This document shows, one piece after another, positions 26,433 to 40,036 of a stretch of 64,000 nucleotides of DNA. Each line of letters begins with the position of its first letter. Position 1 is the first letter of the stretch. This DNA comes from Octopus sinensis (lineage: Eukaryota): the NCBI RefSeq assembly GCF_006345805.1, contig NC_043000.1, positions 137,330,001 to 137,394,000 of the forward strand, in the 5' to 3' direction. Under the pieces are notes generated by a model that was given only the letters and a program-made list of their open reading frames with translations, ran no database searches and was not told where the DNA came from. The position numbers and the translations under genes are program-made.

Positions 26433-27153
26433 TATATGTATATAAACTATATATATACTTTATACATACATACATACATACATATAAATATAAATATAAA
26501 TATATATATATCACGTAGGGACAGAGAGAGAGAGAGAGAGAGGGGGGAGAGAGAGTGACAGACAGAGACAGAATAGAAAGAGAAAGTGAAAGTGCGAGTG
26601 ATGAAGAGTCTGTATGTTCGTGTGTAGGTGAATAAGTGGGTGTGTAACAGGAAGCAGTTGCACAAGCCGTTATAATTTCTAGTCCACAGTTTCGTACATG
26701 AATTCATATCTTTTGTATCTGCTCTTGTGTTTATATTTGAGAGGACGTGGGGGTATGAATGAGCTTGTGTGGGTAGAAATATGTGTGGGTCAATGAAATG
26801 AAGTGAGGAAACACGTGTATCCATGTAATTGTATTGAAGAACTTGAATTTCCATGGACGCGTGGATGTGCGTGAGCGTGTCTATAGGTAAGTGTACCGTT
26901 TAAAAAAGAAACTACTTTACAGAAGGACCTAAGTGCTTTAAATACGTAGTGTGTGTGAATATGCTTTGAGTGGAATGGGACTTATTAGTGCAATTAGGAA
27001 CTGTGAATTTGAAAGTGTGTGTGTGTTTTGGGTATGTGTGAAGGCGTGTGTGTGTGTGCGTGCATAAGTATTTGAATTGGGGGCTGCATATGTATGTGTG
27101 GGTGCTGTTATCGTAGTATAGAACTAGATTTGTTGAACTATGCATGTGTCTGT

Positions 27154-27367
27154 GAGTGGCTGTGTGTCAAGTAACTTGCTTACGATCCACGTGGTTCCGG
27201 GTTCAGTCCCACTGCGTAGTACCTTGGGCAAGTGTGTACTACTATAGCCTCGGGCCGACCAAAGCTTTGTGAGTGGATTTGGTAGATGGAAACTGAAAGA
27301 AGCCCGTCGTATATATGTATATATACGTATGTATATATACGCACGTATATATACATATACATATATG

Positions 27368-27456
<89 letters not shown>

Positions 27457-27708
27457 GTGTGTGTGTGTGTGTGCGTGTGTGTGTGTGTGCGTGTGTGTGT
27501 GTGTGTTTGTCCCCCCAACATCGCTTGACAACCTATGCTGGTGTGGTTACGTTCGCGTAACTTAGCGGTTCCGCAAAAGACTCCGATAGAATAAGTACTA
27601 GGCTTACAAAGAATAAGTACTAGGCCTGGGGTCGATTTGCTCGACTAAAGGCGGTGCTCCAGCATGGCCACAATCAAATGACTGACACAAGTAAAAGAGT
27701 AAAAGAGT
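27154..27708 (+). mobile_element. SINE family A with expanded internal microsatellite
   Basis: B-box GGTTCAGTCCC, 3' body, (AAAAGAGT)n tail. Confidence 0.9.
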
Positions 27709-28087
27709 ATGTGTGTTTTGTGTGTGAGTCTGTGGGTGTGTGTTTATGTGTATCTCTATGTTTGTGAATGAATGTGTATATGGATTTGTGTGTGTGTGTG
27801 TGTGTGTGGTGTGTGTGTGTGTGTTTGTGCTTGTGTAAGGTGTATCACAAACGTGTGGGTTTTATGAGTGTTGTTTGAAAGTACCTATGGGGGAACTGTG
27901 GGTATCTGTTCATGCGTACCTGTCTGTGCGTGTATATGTGAGTTTGTGTGTATGTGTGTATACAAGTACACATATATCTGTATATGTGAGTGCTTGTGTT
28001 TAGGTGTGTGTGCGCCTACGTGCGAGTGTGTGTATATATGTGTATATGTTTATGGATGTGTGTGTGTGTGTGTGTGTGTGACACATA

Positions 28088-28312
28088 CGAGGGGCCACTG
28101 AAAAGTTCCTGGCTTTAAGGGCATCACGAAAGGCGTGGCTGGAGGCTCAACCCCTCTGCCGTATTTTAAAGGGCTTAGTAAAACTGAAGAACTGTTGCAA
28201 TAAGTGTTGTAATAAGTGAAACTGAGGGGGAATATGTTGAATAAAATCATAATTAACTGCACCTCCCGTATTTTCTTTTACCCTAAGCCAAGAACTTTAC
28301 AGCACCCCATCG
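28088..28312 (+). mobile_element. Non-autonomous mariner deletion derivative (MITE)
   Basis: TA|CGAGGGGCCACTGAAAAGTTCCTGGCTTT...AAGCCAAGAACTTTACAGCACCCCATCG; interior keeps transposase C-terminus (..LRGEYVE*). Confidence 0.75.
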
Positions 28313-28439
28313 TGTATCTCATCAGGTTCGTCTATAGGAAAGATATGTGCTCACGCTTCCCATAGGCATCCTAAGCTTGCTCTTTTACGGAACTGTGGCT
28401 AGTCGACAGTAGCTAGTAAAACTTGTTCAAGAAAGGAAT

Positions 28440-28750
28440 TCTCGAAGGTGGTGTTCTGACGTAGCGGTACTGAATTGGTTAGTAAAAAGGCCACTCTGAT
28501 AGCACATAGTGCTTGTTAGTTGCACGACTGTCCCATAGGCATGAAAAGCAACAATATTTCGTGAACCCAGATTGTATTCCCATCAACATTCCAATCTCCT
28601 TCAAGTCTCCACATATTTTCCAGCCGTAGTTTGTATACTTTATGGCATTGAGGAGTACTTGCATGTTTTCATAACACTCCTTTATGTGCGCTAAATGTCC
28701 TATGGGAATGGATGGTTTCTTATTGCCGTTGTGTAGTAGTACTGCTTTGG
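28440..28750 (-). mobile_element. Chapaev3-like (CMC) transposase fragment
   Basis: KAVLLHNGNKKPSIPIGH..KECYENM..WKICGDLK..GIQSGFTKYCCFSCLWDSR..HY..WP; superfamily assigned from recalled motif pattern, needs HMM confirmation. Confidence 0.7.
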
Positions 28751-29530
28751 TAAAATATGGGAGATTAGTAGTGGGGAGACGAGTAAAATTGAAGACGTTT
28801 GATGGGAGGTAGACCGAAGCAAACCTGTCCCAAAAAGCAGAGGTTACTCTTGTAATTGAATTGCCAGAGAGACATGACGGCACGTCTATAAATTGGTTTA
28901 CTGCACATCTGAAAACCAGTGTATTGTAGAGCCACTCTACACAATTAAGTAGAGAGACTACTTAAGTAGAGTTGAAATGAAGTCTGAGCTGTCAGCACCT
29001 TCCTAGACATGAAAACAGCAGTGCCTTTGTTTGTGTGCACATCAGTATACATGTTTGTATATGTGTACGATTACTCGTGTGTAAGTGTATTCTATTGCAT
29101 ATATGTGTGTGGGGAGGGGTACGAGCCCAGTTTGAAATACAAATTTCAAATTCGACCATACCTGGGGACAGGTATGGTCGAGTGATTAAAATGTTTCCTT
29201 TGCAACCATGAAGTCACGGATTCAATCCTGTAGAGTTGATTTTTGTATAAATGAATATATTCGATCTTCAAGTTAATTGAAGCCTTGTGGAAACTGTCGA
29301 ATTTCATATGTGGCCCTGAACCTATAGGTTCGTCATATTATAAAAATGCTCCCCTCTGATTCTGTTTGGGGGAGATTTAAAGGGTAGAGTTCTACGATAA
29401 AGGACAGAATTATCTGTAAAATATTCAACCACATACAAACAATTAGCTGTTCATTTAACTGGGCAACTAGAATACTCGTCATTGAAGCCGATGGAAATTG
29501 ATTTACTCTGTGTAGGAAATCGCATATATA

Positions 29531-29950
29531 TACTCTTTTACTCTTTTACTCTTTTACTTGTTTCAGTCATTTGACTGTGGCCATGCTGGAGCACCACCTT
29601 TAGTCGAGCAAATCGACCCCAGGACTTATTCTTTGTAAGCCCAGTACTTATTCTATCGGTCTCTTTTTTGCCGAACCGCTAAGTGACGGGGACGTAAACA
29701 CACCGGCATCGGTTGTCAAGCGATGCTAGGGGGAAAAACACAGACACACAAACACACACACACACATATATATATATACATATATACGACAGGCTTCTTT
29801 CAGTTTCCGTCTACCAAATCCACTCACAAGGCTTTGGTCAGCCCGGGGCTATAGCAGAAGACACTTGCCCAAGGTGCCACGCAGTGGGACTGAACCCAGA
29901 ACCATGTGGTTGGTTAGCAAGCTACTTACTACACAGCCACTCCTGCGCCT
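29531..29950 (-). mobile_element. SINE family A, full length
   Basis: (ACTCTTTT)n tail, body, GGGACTGAACCC, ACACAGCCACTCCTGCGCC. Confidence 0.92.
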
Positions 29951-31426
29951 ATGTATAGGTGGGTATGAGAACTGTTTGAAAGTGTCAGTGTAGTAGTGTA
30001 GGGACGTAGGTGTGAAGTTGTTTGTATGAATGTGTGTATATATAAGTCTATAAGTGCGTTTGAGCGGAATATCATACGTACGTAAGGGTGTTCTGTTCTA
30101 AGCAGTGTTTTTAAGTATGTGTATTTGTGTATAGGCTACGTCATGCATGTAAAACCATCATGAGAGTTCATTTTAAAGATATAAGGGTGAAAGAAAATAA
30201 ACAAAAGAGAGCAGAAAATTAACGAATGCTTGCACACGTCATGAAACACAAAACGAGAATTAAAATATATATGAAGTAATTAGAAGTATCAAGAACTCAG
30301 AAAGTCTGCGAGCCCTTCATGTCATAACAGCCTGAAATAGCACATCAGTATACAAACAGCAACAAAATTCACTTATCAACTAATGTTCCACGTCACCAAA
30401 AGTGAAAAACACCTATAAATTTGAGACCACACCTAAAGATGACAAAACTAAATACAAGAAAAAATATTTTTCATTTAGAGAAAAAAACCGCAACATATTT
30501 CTTCAATCGTACACTAGAAAAGAAATAGAAAATACTGCAAGTCAAATATACACCGAAAACACGCTGAGTTTGTGTGAATTATTGCCTTCATTAACGTCTT
30601 TAGCGCTACATGTCAACACTACCAAATCCCAGGAAACTGGAAAATGAGAAATATTCCACAGCAATTTTAAAACCCCTCGCACCAAAGGAGATCAAAACAA
30701 ACATGACTGAGGCATGTGATAAATTAGGGAACAAACACGACTGAGGTAGGTGATAAATTAGGGAATTTATAACTTACGTATGATATAAATAAATCCCAGA
30801 AAAATCTAATAACGAAGCACTTAATTGATGGTTTCAACAACAATCAAAAGAAAATATACCACACACAAGATGAAAAGAGCAGAAAAAGCACTTAACAACT
30901 CAACAGTATTAACATTACACGCATAGATAACATGGCAAAGGAAGCAAAACGACGCACTAACATACTTAGAACACTCAAAGGCTACAAATTTGACCAGTAC
31001 ATAAAGTACTAACGCTTACCTACGTGAGAATCTATCGCGAGTTATGCTATCAAACCATAAGAGACACGAAAGACTACAGTGCTCGCGTCTTAGTTTGAAT
31101 TTTTAAACAATGTTAAACTTAGAAATTTCAATTCCGTTTTCATTTTGGTTTACAATTATGTTTTCTTTTGACACATTCTACCAGTATACGAAGTTTCAAA
31201 TTGTTTAGTTAACTAGGAAAATCTGGCCTTCAAACTGAAAAGATCCTGTACAACATACATGCATACACGCATACATAATACATACATACATGCATACATA
31301 CATTCATAATTAATAATATCAGGGAAATAAAGATTTTAGAAATTTTAACGATCAGTAGTCTAGCGTATAGAAAAATTAGTCTACGCAGTAGCCTAGCGTA
31401 TAGAAAAATTAGACTATATATTATTC

Positions 31427-31705
31427 ATATATAATACAGTGTACATTTAAGCACATTAAGATGTTTCCATCATAGGAATCCTTTACACTAGAAAGAACAG
31501 CGAAAGTCCAAACCACTAATTAGGGATAAATTCTCGAAGGGAATGAAAAATAAAAATAAAAATACATGGTAAATGTTTTTATTTTTCATTTCCTTCGAGA
31601 ATTTATCCCTAATTAGTGGTTTGGACTTTAGCTGTTCTTTCTAGCGTAAAGGATTTCTGTGATGGAAACGTCTTAATGTGTTTAAATGTACACTGTATTA
31701 TATAT
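31427..31705. repeat. Fold-back inverted repeat, arms about 130 bp
   Basis: TAATACAGTGTACATTTAA...CTAATTAGGGATAAATTCTCGAAGG mirrored at 31576-31705. Confidence 0.9.
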
Positions 31706-31723
31706 ATATACTATACATACATA

Positions 31724-33013
31724 CGAGGGGCGTTCAATAAGTAATGCCTCTGACCCACTTGCCTTTGTTTGATCTAGCTGACATTTTGCATGTGCAATTA
31801 TTGATATCTCTATAGATTAAGTGGCAAATTACAGCTCCGAACAAATTGTGGTTTCTGATTCACAGGTGTTTGAAATGAGTCAAGTGGGAAATGGAGCATG
31901 TTGATGTCGAGCAGTGATCCGGTTTTTGTATTTGAAATGACGCACACCACAGGAGACTTTTAATGAAATGAGAGTAACTTATGGTGATGATGCCCCATCA
32001 TATGACCTTGTAAAACGCTGGCATCGTGAATTCAAACATGGTCGGAACTCTGTGGAAACAGCTCCCAGATCTGGTCGCACCCCTTCTGCCATTGATGAGG
32101 CATCTGTCCGTCAAGTTGAGGCTGTCATTTTTGAAGATCGACGCATAACTATTCGCCAAATAGCCCATGAGGTCAAGATTAGTACCGGGTCTGTGGAAAC
32201 TATCATTCATGACCATTTGCATATGCAAAAGGTGTCTGCCAGATGGATTTCCAGGTTGCTCACACTTTTCCAGAAGCAAGAACGCAAGAATTCCAGAAGC
32301 AAGAATTTAGGGATGTGCCAAGAAGATGAGTCAAAATTTTTCAAAAGACTGATTACACAGGATGAGACCTGGGTCCATCACTATGATCCAGAGACCAAAG
32401 CCCAGTCAATGCAGTGGTAGCACCATGACTCACCTCCTCCAAAGAAGGCAAGGGTGCAGCCCTCCGCTGGCAAGGTCATGCTTACAGTCTTCTGGGACCA
32501 GGACGGAGTAGTGATGACAGATTTCCTGGCAAAGGGTACCAGAATTACAGGAGCCTATCATGTTTCACTTTTGAGGAAATTAAGAGAAGCTATCGAAACC
32601 AAGAGGCGGGGCAAGATCAGCAAAGGCATCCTCCTCCTGCAGGACAACGCTCCGGTCCACAACTCGCGTGTCGCCAGATCAGAAGCTCAGGCGTGCGGCT
32701 ATGAACTATTCCCCCATCCCCCTACTCTCTTGACCTTGCACCCTCTGATTTTCACCTCTTCCCAGCCATGAAGTTGTTTTTGAAAGGAAAGCGTTTCCCA
32801 GATGATGCAGCTTGATTTCTGAAGTCACGTCGTGGTTGGAGGACCAAGCTGGGGTCTTCTACGAAAACGGTCTCCAGAACTGCATCAAACGATGGGAGAA
32901 ATGCGTACCTCTGGGTTGTTCCTATGTAGAAAAAGACTAATACCTGTGCCAAGTTTCGTTGCTCTACTGCTATGGGAAGTGGGTCAGGGGCATTACTTCT
33001 TGAACGCCCCTCG
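31724..33013 (+). mobile_element. Full-length (1290 bp) mariner transposon, irritans-like TIRs, TA target duplication
   Basis: TA|CGAGGGGCGTTCAATAAGTAATGCCTCTGACCCACTT ... AAGTGGGTCAGGGGCATTACTTCTTGAACGCCCCTCG|TA. Confidence 0.95.
31891..32940 (+). pseudogene. Mariner DD34D transposase pseudogene
   Basis: PRSGR, SARWISRLL, ITQDETWVHHYDPETK, KVMLTVFWD, LLQDNAPVH, YSLDLAPSDFHLF; in-frame TAG at 32418 and frameshifts. Confidence 0.92.
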
Positions 33014-33047
<34 letters not shown>

Positions 33048-34352
33048 GTTCACTTGGTAAACTCTCCCCTAATCAGTTTACTGCTATTCATTTCCAAAAC
33101 TCTTACGTTCCTTACGGTCGTCGCCCTATAGATATACGTTATTCATTTAACTGTATTCATTTAACTTGTCTCAGAAGTCCTCTCATCAGACGAAGCCATT
33201 GAAAGAAAATAATCAACTATAAGATAAATATACTTAAGTATCAAACTGTTAAACATACTTGAATACATTTCATATCGAATATCTAAATACACATTTGAAA
33301 TAATTGAAAGATTAAAGTAAAGACAAAGTGACTAGAGAATAAAATCACATTTGAAACTTAACTACAAGTCAGCATGTATATTATTATCCACAAAAGAAAA
33401 TTTGAGGAAATGTCAAGTATTATTTTGTCAGCTTCTTTACTAGGAAATAATAATGAATATTCGATGTTCATGCAATAGATATTCTGTTGAATCCCAGTAG
33501 GTTTGTTGGAAATGTGTTTTGAAAGAATTTGGGGGAGCATAGGGACGGACTGTTAGACAAAACTACATAAGTTGGTCGGAGAAAATTTGTTGTATGAGCA
33601 GTTGTAGTCAGGTCTATCACCCGCAGTATATTTCGAGTAGAATATGTTACCTATTTCAAAATAAACTGATTAAGATGACACTACGGGGGTGCATGGGTAT
33701 CCTTTGGTTAATATTCATGCGATCTTGTATGTATCCCGACAGTGTATCAATATATATATTAATCTTTAACATGGTTAACTCATTAAACCTCGTCCACGTT
33801 GGAGCATAGCTACATATACACGCACACACATCCATACTCACACACTTATACACACACATACACACCTATACACACATATGTATGTATATATGTATGTATG
33901 TATGCATGTATAGAAGCAGTTTTGTATGTTCTATCTTATGCATGTATACTCATGCGCATACTTGCATAACTAGACATGCTTATATATACTTAAATGATAA
34001 ATTTTGGAAAGTTTTACAGATTTTTACAGTTCCAGTGATTGATAGAATCAGTATTCTTCGAATCAACTTTCTCCTTTTTGATGTTGAGATACTTAATTTT
34101 ACGAGACTGGTATTTACATATCGCAACGCCCCAATAAATACAGGTATAAAACTAAATACAGGTAATCTGGATAGAGTAATTGCAGATTTCTCAATACTTC
34201 AAGGTAGGTATTCTCTTTTTCGCAACTAATTTCCACAACTGTATACAGTATCTCTTCTCTTTCCTAAACTATTATCAGGTCTGTTGTACTTACATTTTAT
34301 TAAGGTCTTCACTGCGACATCCCACCAGAACTCCTTTTTATTATGAGCTACT

Positions 34353-34401
34353 GTATGTATGTATGTATGTATGCATGTATGTATGTATGTATGTATGTAT
34401 G

Positions 34402-34432
<31 letters not shown>

Positions 34433-34650
34433 TGTATGTATGTATAGGCACGCAGACCGTACTGCACTATGTTTAATTGGTCAAAGTATTTCGTTCTAAT
34501 TCTCCTCATCCAATCTGCAGAAAATGAGTACTAGGAGTAGCTGGGGTGCCGAACAAGCGACGGTCGGTTTCTGCACTGTCAGTCGCCTAAACGCTTTGGA
34601 AGCCAAAATAAATTCCGACTTCATGCGCCTTTGAGCTCATCAGGTCGGAG

Positions 34651-34737
<87 letters not shown>

Positions 34738-34738
34738 G

Positions 34739-34809
<71 letters not shown>

Positions 34810-34860
34810 GTCAGTCTATCTGTCTGTCTGTAATCTTTGTGTGTGTGTGTGTCTATATGT

Positions 34861-34925
<65 letters not shown>

Positions 34926-34960
34926 AATCAATCTCTCTCTCTCTCTATCTACCTATCTAT
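34353..34960. repeat. (ATGT)n (34353-34440) and (ATCT)n (34654-34960) microsatellites
   Basis: Arrays visible in sequence. Confidence 0.9.
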
Positions 34961-35115
34961 CTATCTTTATACATATAGTCATACTCACATGCATATACAT
35001 ATACATACAAGCATATACATATACATATATTAGAAATCAAATGATTACCAACGATGCCTCATCCATAGCATGTAAATGTACTTATAAAGATTTTGACTCA
35101 TTACTGTACTCACGC

Positions 35116-35155
<40 letters not shown>

Positions 35156-35864
35156 TATGTACATTTGAATGCGAGAGACTAGAGAAAGGGACAGAATTTA
35201 ATGCCGTGTAAATAGATTTGAAAAAGAAATTCTAAACAAAAAAAATAACATTCTGTCAGTACTGTTACTATATAACCGAGTTTCTTTGCTCGGAAACCAA
35301 TGATCTGCCCTGCGTTTTTAGGATATTGGTTTTGGCGTCATTCACGGCAGAGGAAATTATCCTCAATCTGTCACTCTATAGAAGGCTGCCAGAACTCTGG
35401 AAGTTCTAAATTTGTCATTTTGGATGATCTCATCTGTTCGAGACCGAACAAACACGCAAGGCAGTTTTATTTTGATTCATTTGTTAGTTTTTTTCATTTT
35501 TGTTTTGCAACAGAAAAAAAGGAAAATAATAAAAGTTTGCAGGTTGTTACACATCCATTTTGCAACAAAATAATAATGGTTGACATATATATAGCTGGTT
35601 TTCCACCTGATAGAATGAAATCGACTTTCAAGTTTGTAAGGTACGAATACCGAAATATTGTGAAGGTAAAAGATTTCATGTTTTCAAGTGAGCAGAGGGA
35701 GTGTGCGTTTGAAGACACATTTCACATAATTCAAAATACGATGAAAGATAGTAATTGAATGATTATATTCAGTCAGGCAGTTTCATCAACAAGTAATTTC
35801 TCCTAGTAACTTCAGATATGTATAGCTTCCCGTAATTGCATTAGGTTATGAGTTAAATGCAAAA

Positions 35865-36250
35865 ATGGCTCTGTGGTAAGACCTTTTCTTCCCAACGCCT
35901 GGCATCTTGTGCGGGTTTCTGCTACTCTGGCTGACCAATGCTTCGGCCGAACGCAGTCTTGTGAGTGGAATTGGATGACGGAAAATGAAACAATACCGTC
36001 GTATAGATATGTGTGTGTGTGCGTGTATCTTTGTTTCTGTATTTCTCCCCTAACGCCGTTTGACAAACAGTGCTGATGTGCTTACAACTCCGTAACTTAG
36101 CAGATCGGCAAAAGTCACCGATACAATAAGTACTAGACCTAAACAAAATAAGCACTGGTGTCGATTCGTTCGACTAAAATTTTTCACGGTGCTCCTCCAG
36201 CATGGCCTCAGTCTTTTGATTGGAACAAATAAAAGATGAAAGATAAAAGG
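35865..36250 (+). mobile_element. SINE family A, diverged
   Basis: TGGCTCTGTGGTAAG head, CTTGTGAGTGGA, 3' body to AAATAAAAGA. Confidence 0.75.
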
Positions 36251-36708
36251 TATATCGTGCACCAGCTTCGAAAGACGAAATATCGTTTCGTTGTTCAGTA
36301 GTTTATTCGCAGTTTTTTAGTCCGAGGGGAAGGAAGACTGATTGAGTTAATATATTCTTAAACTGCAATACTGTCAGCAAAGTAGTCTCTACTTAAGGCA
36401 CGCAGTGTATCAGGTGGCGGTGTTAATTAGGTGACAGATTAAATCTACCATTCATGTAAGCAATCAAAGGATTTAAAGTCAGAACAGATATGGAAGAAAG
36501 TACAAACTCCACTAGGTTTAACATTCTCACAGGTCTACCTGTCTACCACTCTGGCCTCATACTTTATGTTGTTGATCCCTAAAAGATGAAGCACAAAACT
36601 GACCTTGGTGAGATTTCAACTCAAAGCATGAAATGTTACAACAAATAACGTTAAAAGTTCTATGTGACGCTGTTACGAATCAGCCCCCTCCCACCAATGT
36701 GAAGCTTA

Positions 36709-37103
36709 TACTCTTTTACTCTTTTACTTGCTTCAGTCATTTGACTGTGGCCATGCTGGAGTGTTTACCGCCTTTAGTGGAGCAAATCGACCCCAGGACT
36801 TATTCTTTGTAAGCCTAGTACTTATTCGATCGGTCTTTTTTGCCGAACCGCTAAGTGACGGGGACGTAAACACTCCAGCATCGGTTGCCAAGCGATGTTG
36901 GGGGGACAAATACAGACACAAAAGCACACATAGATATATACGACGGGCTTCTTTCAGTTTCCGTCTACCAAATCCACTCACAAGGTTTTCGTCGGCCCGA
37001 AGCTATAGTAGAAGACACTTGTCCAAGGTGCCCACAGTGGGACTGAACCCGGAACAATGTGGTTCGTAAGCAAGCTACTTACCACACCGCCACTCCTACG
37101 CCT
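36709..37103 (-). mobile_element. SINE family A, full length
   Basis: (ACTCTTTT)n tail through GGGACTGAACCCGGAAC head. Confidence 0.9.
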
Positions 37104-37544
37104 ATGTGAATAGGATAGTAAAAATTAGTTATTTGATAAAGGCAACAACACGAGTGATGAGATATGAGCTGCCATTTCATTAGCCAATACAAACTATGTT
37201 GTGGTATAACATGAAAACATAAAACAATGCATTTAATCTTTTAAACATACTACTTTTGAGAAATACATTTGGCAACAGAAAGTTTTTTCGCTCATTCAAT
37301 TAATTATTTTCACCGACAAATCAAGTCATTATTTGACTCGAGGTGATTATTTTCCTCTTAGGTGATTGATCCATGGAACATTATATATTTATGCCTTGTC
37401 TCGGTAGTGAAAGTTGCAGGTGATTGCGTCTGTAGAGTTATCCTAAGGGAAACCATTGGTAATATATGAAGGAGAGAGTGCTGTATTTATTGTTCATGAG
37501 AAAGACAACAGTTAATGATGTATCTCTACCTTAAATTTAAAACA

Positions 37545-37931
37545 AATGGATGGGATGGAAGCACTCCGTCGTTTACGACGATGAGGGTTCCGGTTGATCC
37601 GGGCAACGGAACAGCCTGCTCGTGAAATTAACGTGTAAGTGGCTGAGCACTCCACAGACACGTGTACCCTTAACGTAGTTCTCGGGGATATTCAGTGTGA
37701 CACAGAGAGTGACAAGGCCGGCTCTTTGAAATACAGGTACAACAGAAACAGGAAGTAAGAGTGAGAGAAAGTTGTGGTGAAAGAGTACAGCAGGGATCAC
37801 CACCATGCCCTGCCGGAGCCTCGTGGAGCTTTAGGTGTTTTCGCTCAATAAACACTCACAACGCCCGGACTGGGAATCGAAACCGCGATCCTACGACCGC
37901 GAGTCCGCTGCCCTAACCACTGGGCCATTGC
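37545..37931 (-). mobile_element. SINE family B, tail type 2
   Basis: Head GCAATGGCCCAGTGGTTAGGGCAGCGGACTCGCGG..GGTTTCGATTCCC on minus strand; 3' part differs from the 17580 copy. Confidence 0.8.
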
Positions 37932-39084
37932 ATTAGTTCAGATTTCATGCGTTGCACAGTATAATCGACAAGATAAAACCCAAATTCGTGTTGGGAGTGG
38001 GGAGGGAACAAGCGAGAGTTTGTCTCGTCAAAAAAAAAAAAAATAATTGAAGTTCCATTTTCAGTAATTTTAATAGTTTTGAAACTACAATTCGCAGTCT
38101 GATATTAATTTGAGCACAAGATTCGTATCAGAACCGTCAATGGTCGTAATTAGCTTTACTACTAGAGTAAGAGAGTTGCTTTTCTTAACAATTTGCGTAT
38201 GGTTGTTTGTATGTAACAATTACTTTCATATTAAAACTATGTTTTCTCAGATTTCTACCACCGCGTGTATATTCACTAATTTTCACAAGGAAAGAAAAGA
38301 AGTTCTTTTTCATTCATTGTTTGAAACGTTACTTACAGTCTTCCATTTATTTATTCAAACTGTACGTCCAATCTGAGATGACAGGAATATGACACGTTTG
38401 CTTTCATTATTTTGAAAAAGAAAACTTAAACAACGTGGTGAATAACACTGTCTCTTAGTAATATTCAGCAAGTATATGCTCCTTTCTCATCCTCTCTCCT
38501 TCCATTTTTTTTTCACTCACACACATTCATCCTTCTCATGTACTCACTCTTTTACAAATTTGCTCACACTAACACTACATTTAAATAACTACCTCCATAC
38601 TTATCTTACAATTACTCAACTATTTTCATGTATTCTAGTCTCTTTCATTATTTTTCTTAAACTTGCTAACATCCTCACACATTTACGCCTTTTTTTATCT
38701 CAATGTTTTACGCTTGTAACCATCACGCTTCCTTTTACCCCTTCTGGTTTCCACATATAAAAGGCTGCACTATGTTTCTATTTCTGTCAAATACATCCCC
38801 TTCAACTCTCAAACACTATCTTAATACCCTAAAGCTCGTATGAGTCTGATTTCTCAACTTCCACTTCATATATATTTTTCTCTTTTGTCTATCATGCCTG
38901 TCTGCAAGTTCTTACGAGCGTGTGCATACAAGTTTAAGCAAAATCTCTGATTAAAGTTTTATGAACATTATATTAAACACACCAAACACGCACATACAGT
39001 ATGCACATATACAATGTTGCATATCTAATTACACACACACGCACACACACACACACCACACACACACACTCACACACAGACACA

Positions 39085-39330
39085 TAGGCAAATACCACAA
39101 AGGTTGGAACAAAGTAGAGGCAAAAATCTACAGGCCAATCTCTCTGACTTCTCATATCATAGAACGAATTATCAGAAAGAAACTGATAATGTTCCTAGAA
39201 GAAAATGGCCTACTGGACAATACGCAGCATGGCTTTTGTCCAGAAAGAAGCTGGCTCACACACCTGGTATAGCACTATGACTGGGTGTTGATACAACTGC
39301 TTGGACCATTCAGATTCCAGATAGTGACCT
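39085..39330 (+). mobile_element. CR1/L2-type LINE reverse transcriptase fragment
   Basis: HKG..EAKIYRPISLTSH..ERIIRKKL..FLEENGLLDNTQHGF..RSWLTHL. Confidence 0.8.
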
Positions 39331-39332
39331 GA

Positions 39333-39354
39333 ATAATATAATAAAATATAATAA

Positions 39355-39401
<47 letters not shown>

Positions 39402-39424
39402 TAATAATAATAATAATAATAATG

Positions 39425-39458
<34 letters not shown>

Positions 39459-39468
39459 TAAAAATAAA

Positions 39469-39500
<32 letters not shown>

Positions 39501-39531
39501 TAATAATAATATAATAATAATAATAATAATA

Positions 39532-39562
<31 letters not shown>

Positions 39563-39574
39563 AATAAAAATAAA

Positions 39575-39655
<81 letters not shown>
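39333..39655. repeat. (AAT)n microsatellite
   Basis: Long imperfect trinucleotide array. Confidence 0.95.
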
Positions 39656-39660
<5 letters not shown>

Positions 39661-39996
39661 TGTGGCATCTCAAAACAGTTACAATACCAGTGATCGTAGG
39701 AGCACTAGGAATGATCAAGAAGGGAACCGAAAATTATATGAGAATGATCCCTGGCTTACCATCCCTGCAAGAAGTGCAAAAGATTGTCTTAACTGGTACA
39801 GCACACGTATTGAGAAGAGCATTGTCGATGTGAGAACTGTTGCTGCTCATGTATTTTAATTTAACTTAAAAAAAAAAAATGAACGAACTATTGAGTTTGG
39901 TTTAATGGCCTACCAATGTATACTATGAGTTTCTTTGCCCTAAGAGTCGGGAAGACACTCGGCAAGAAATGGAAGCAAATTTGAAAGAAGAAAAAA

Positions 39997-39997
<1 letters not shown>
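39655..39997 (+). mobile_element. 5'-truncated Dong/R4-like non-LTR retroelement, subfamily 1
   Basis: MWHLKTVTIPVIVGALGMIKKG..IPGLPSLQEVQKIVLTGTAHVLRRALSM* (C-terminus of RLE-type ORF), flanked by (AAT)n. Confidence 0.8.

Positions 39998-40033
<36 letters not shown>

Positions 40034-40036
<3 letters not shown>

Noticed and set aside
30280-31080. A-rich stretch resembling a decayed retroelement, with a short tandem duplication at 30700-30765
   Set aside because: No protein motif recognised
35300-35758. 152-aa ORF / possible exon 35321-35460
   Set aside because: An acceptor-like TTTTTAG is present but there is only a weak GC donor and no recognisable homology
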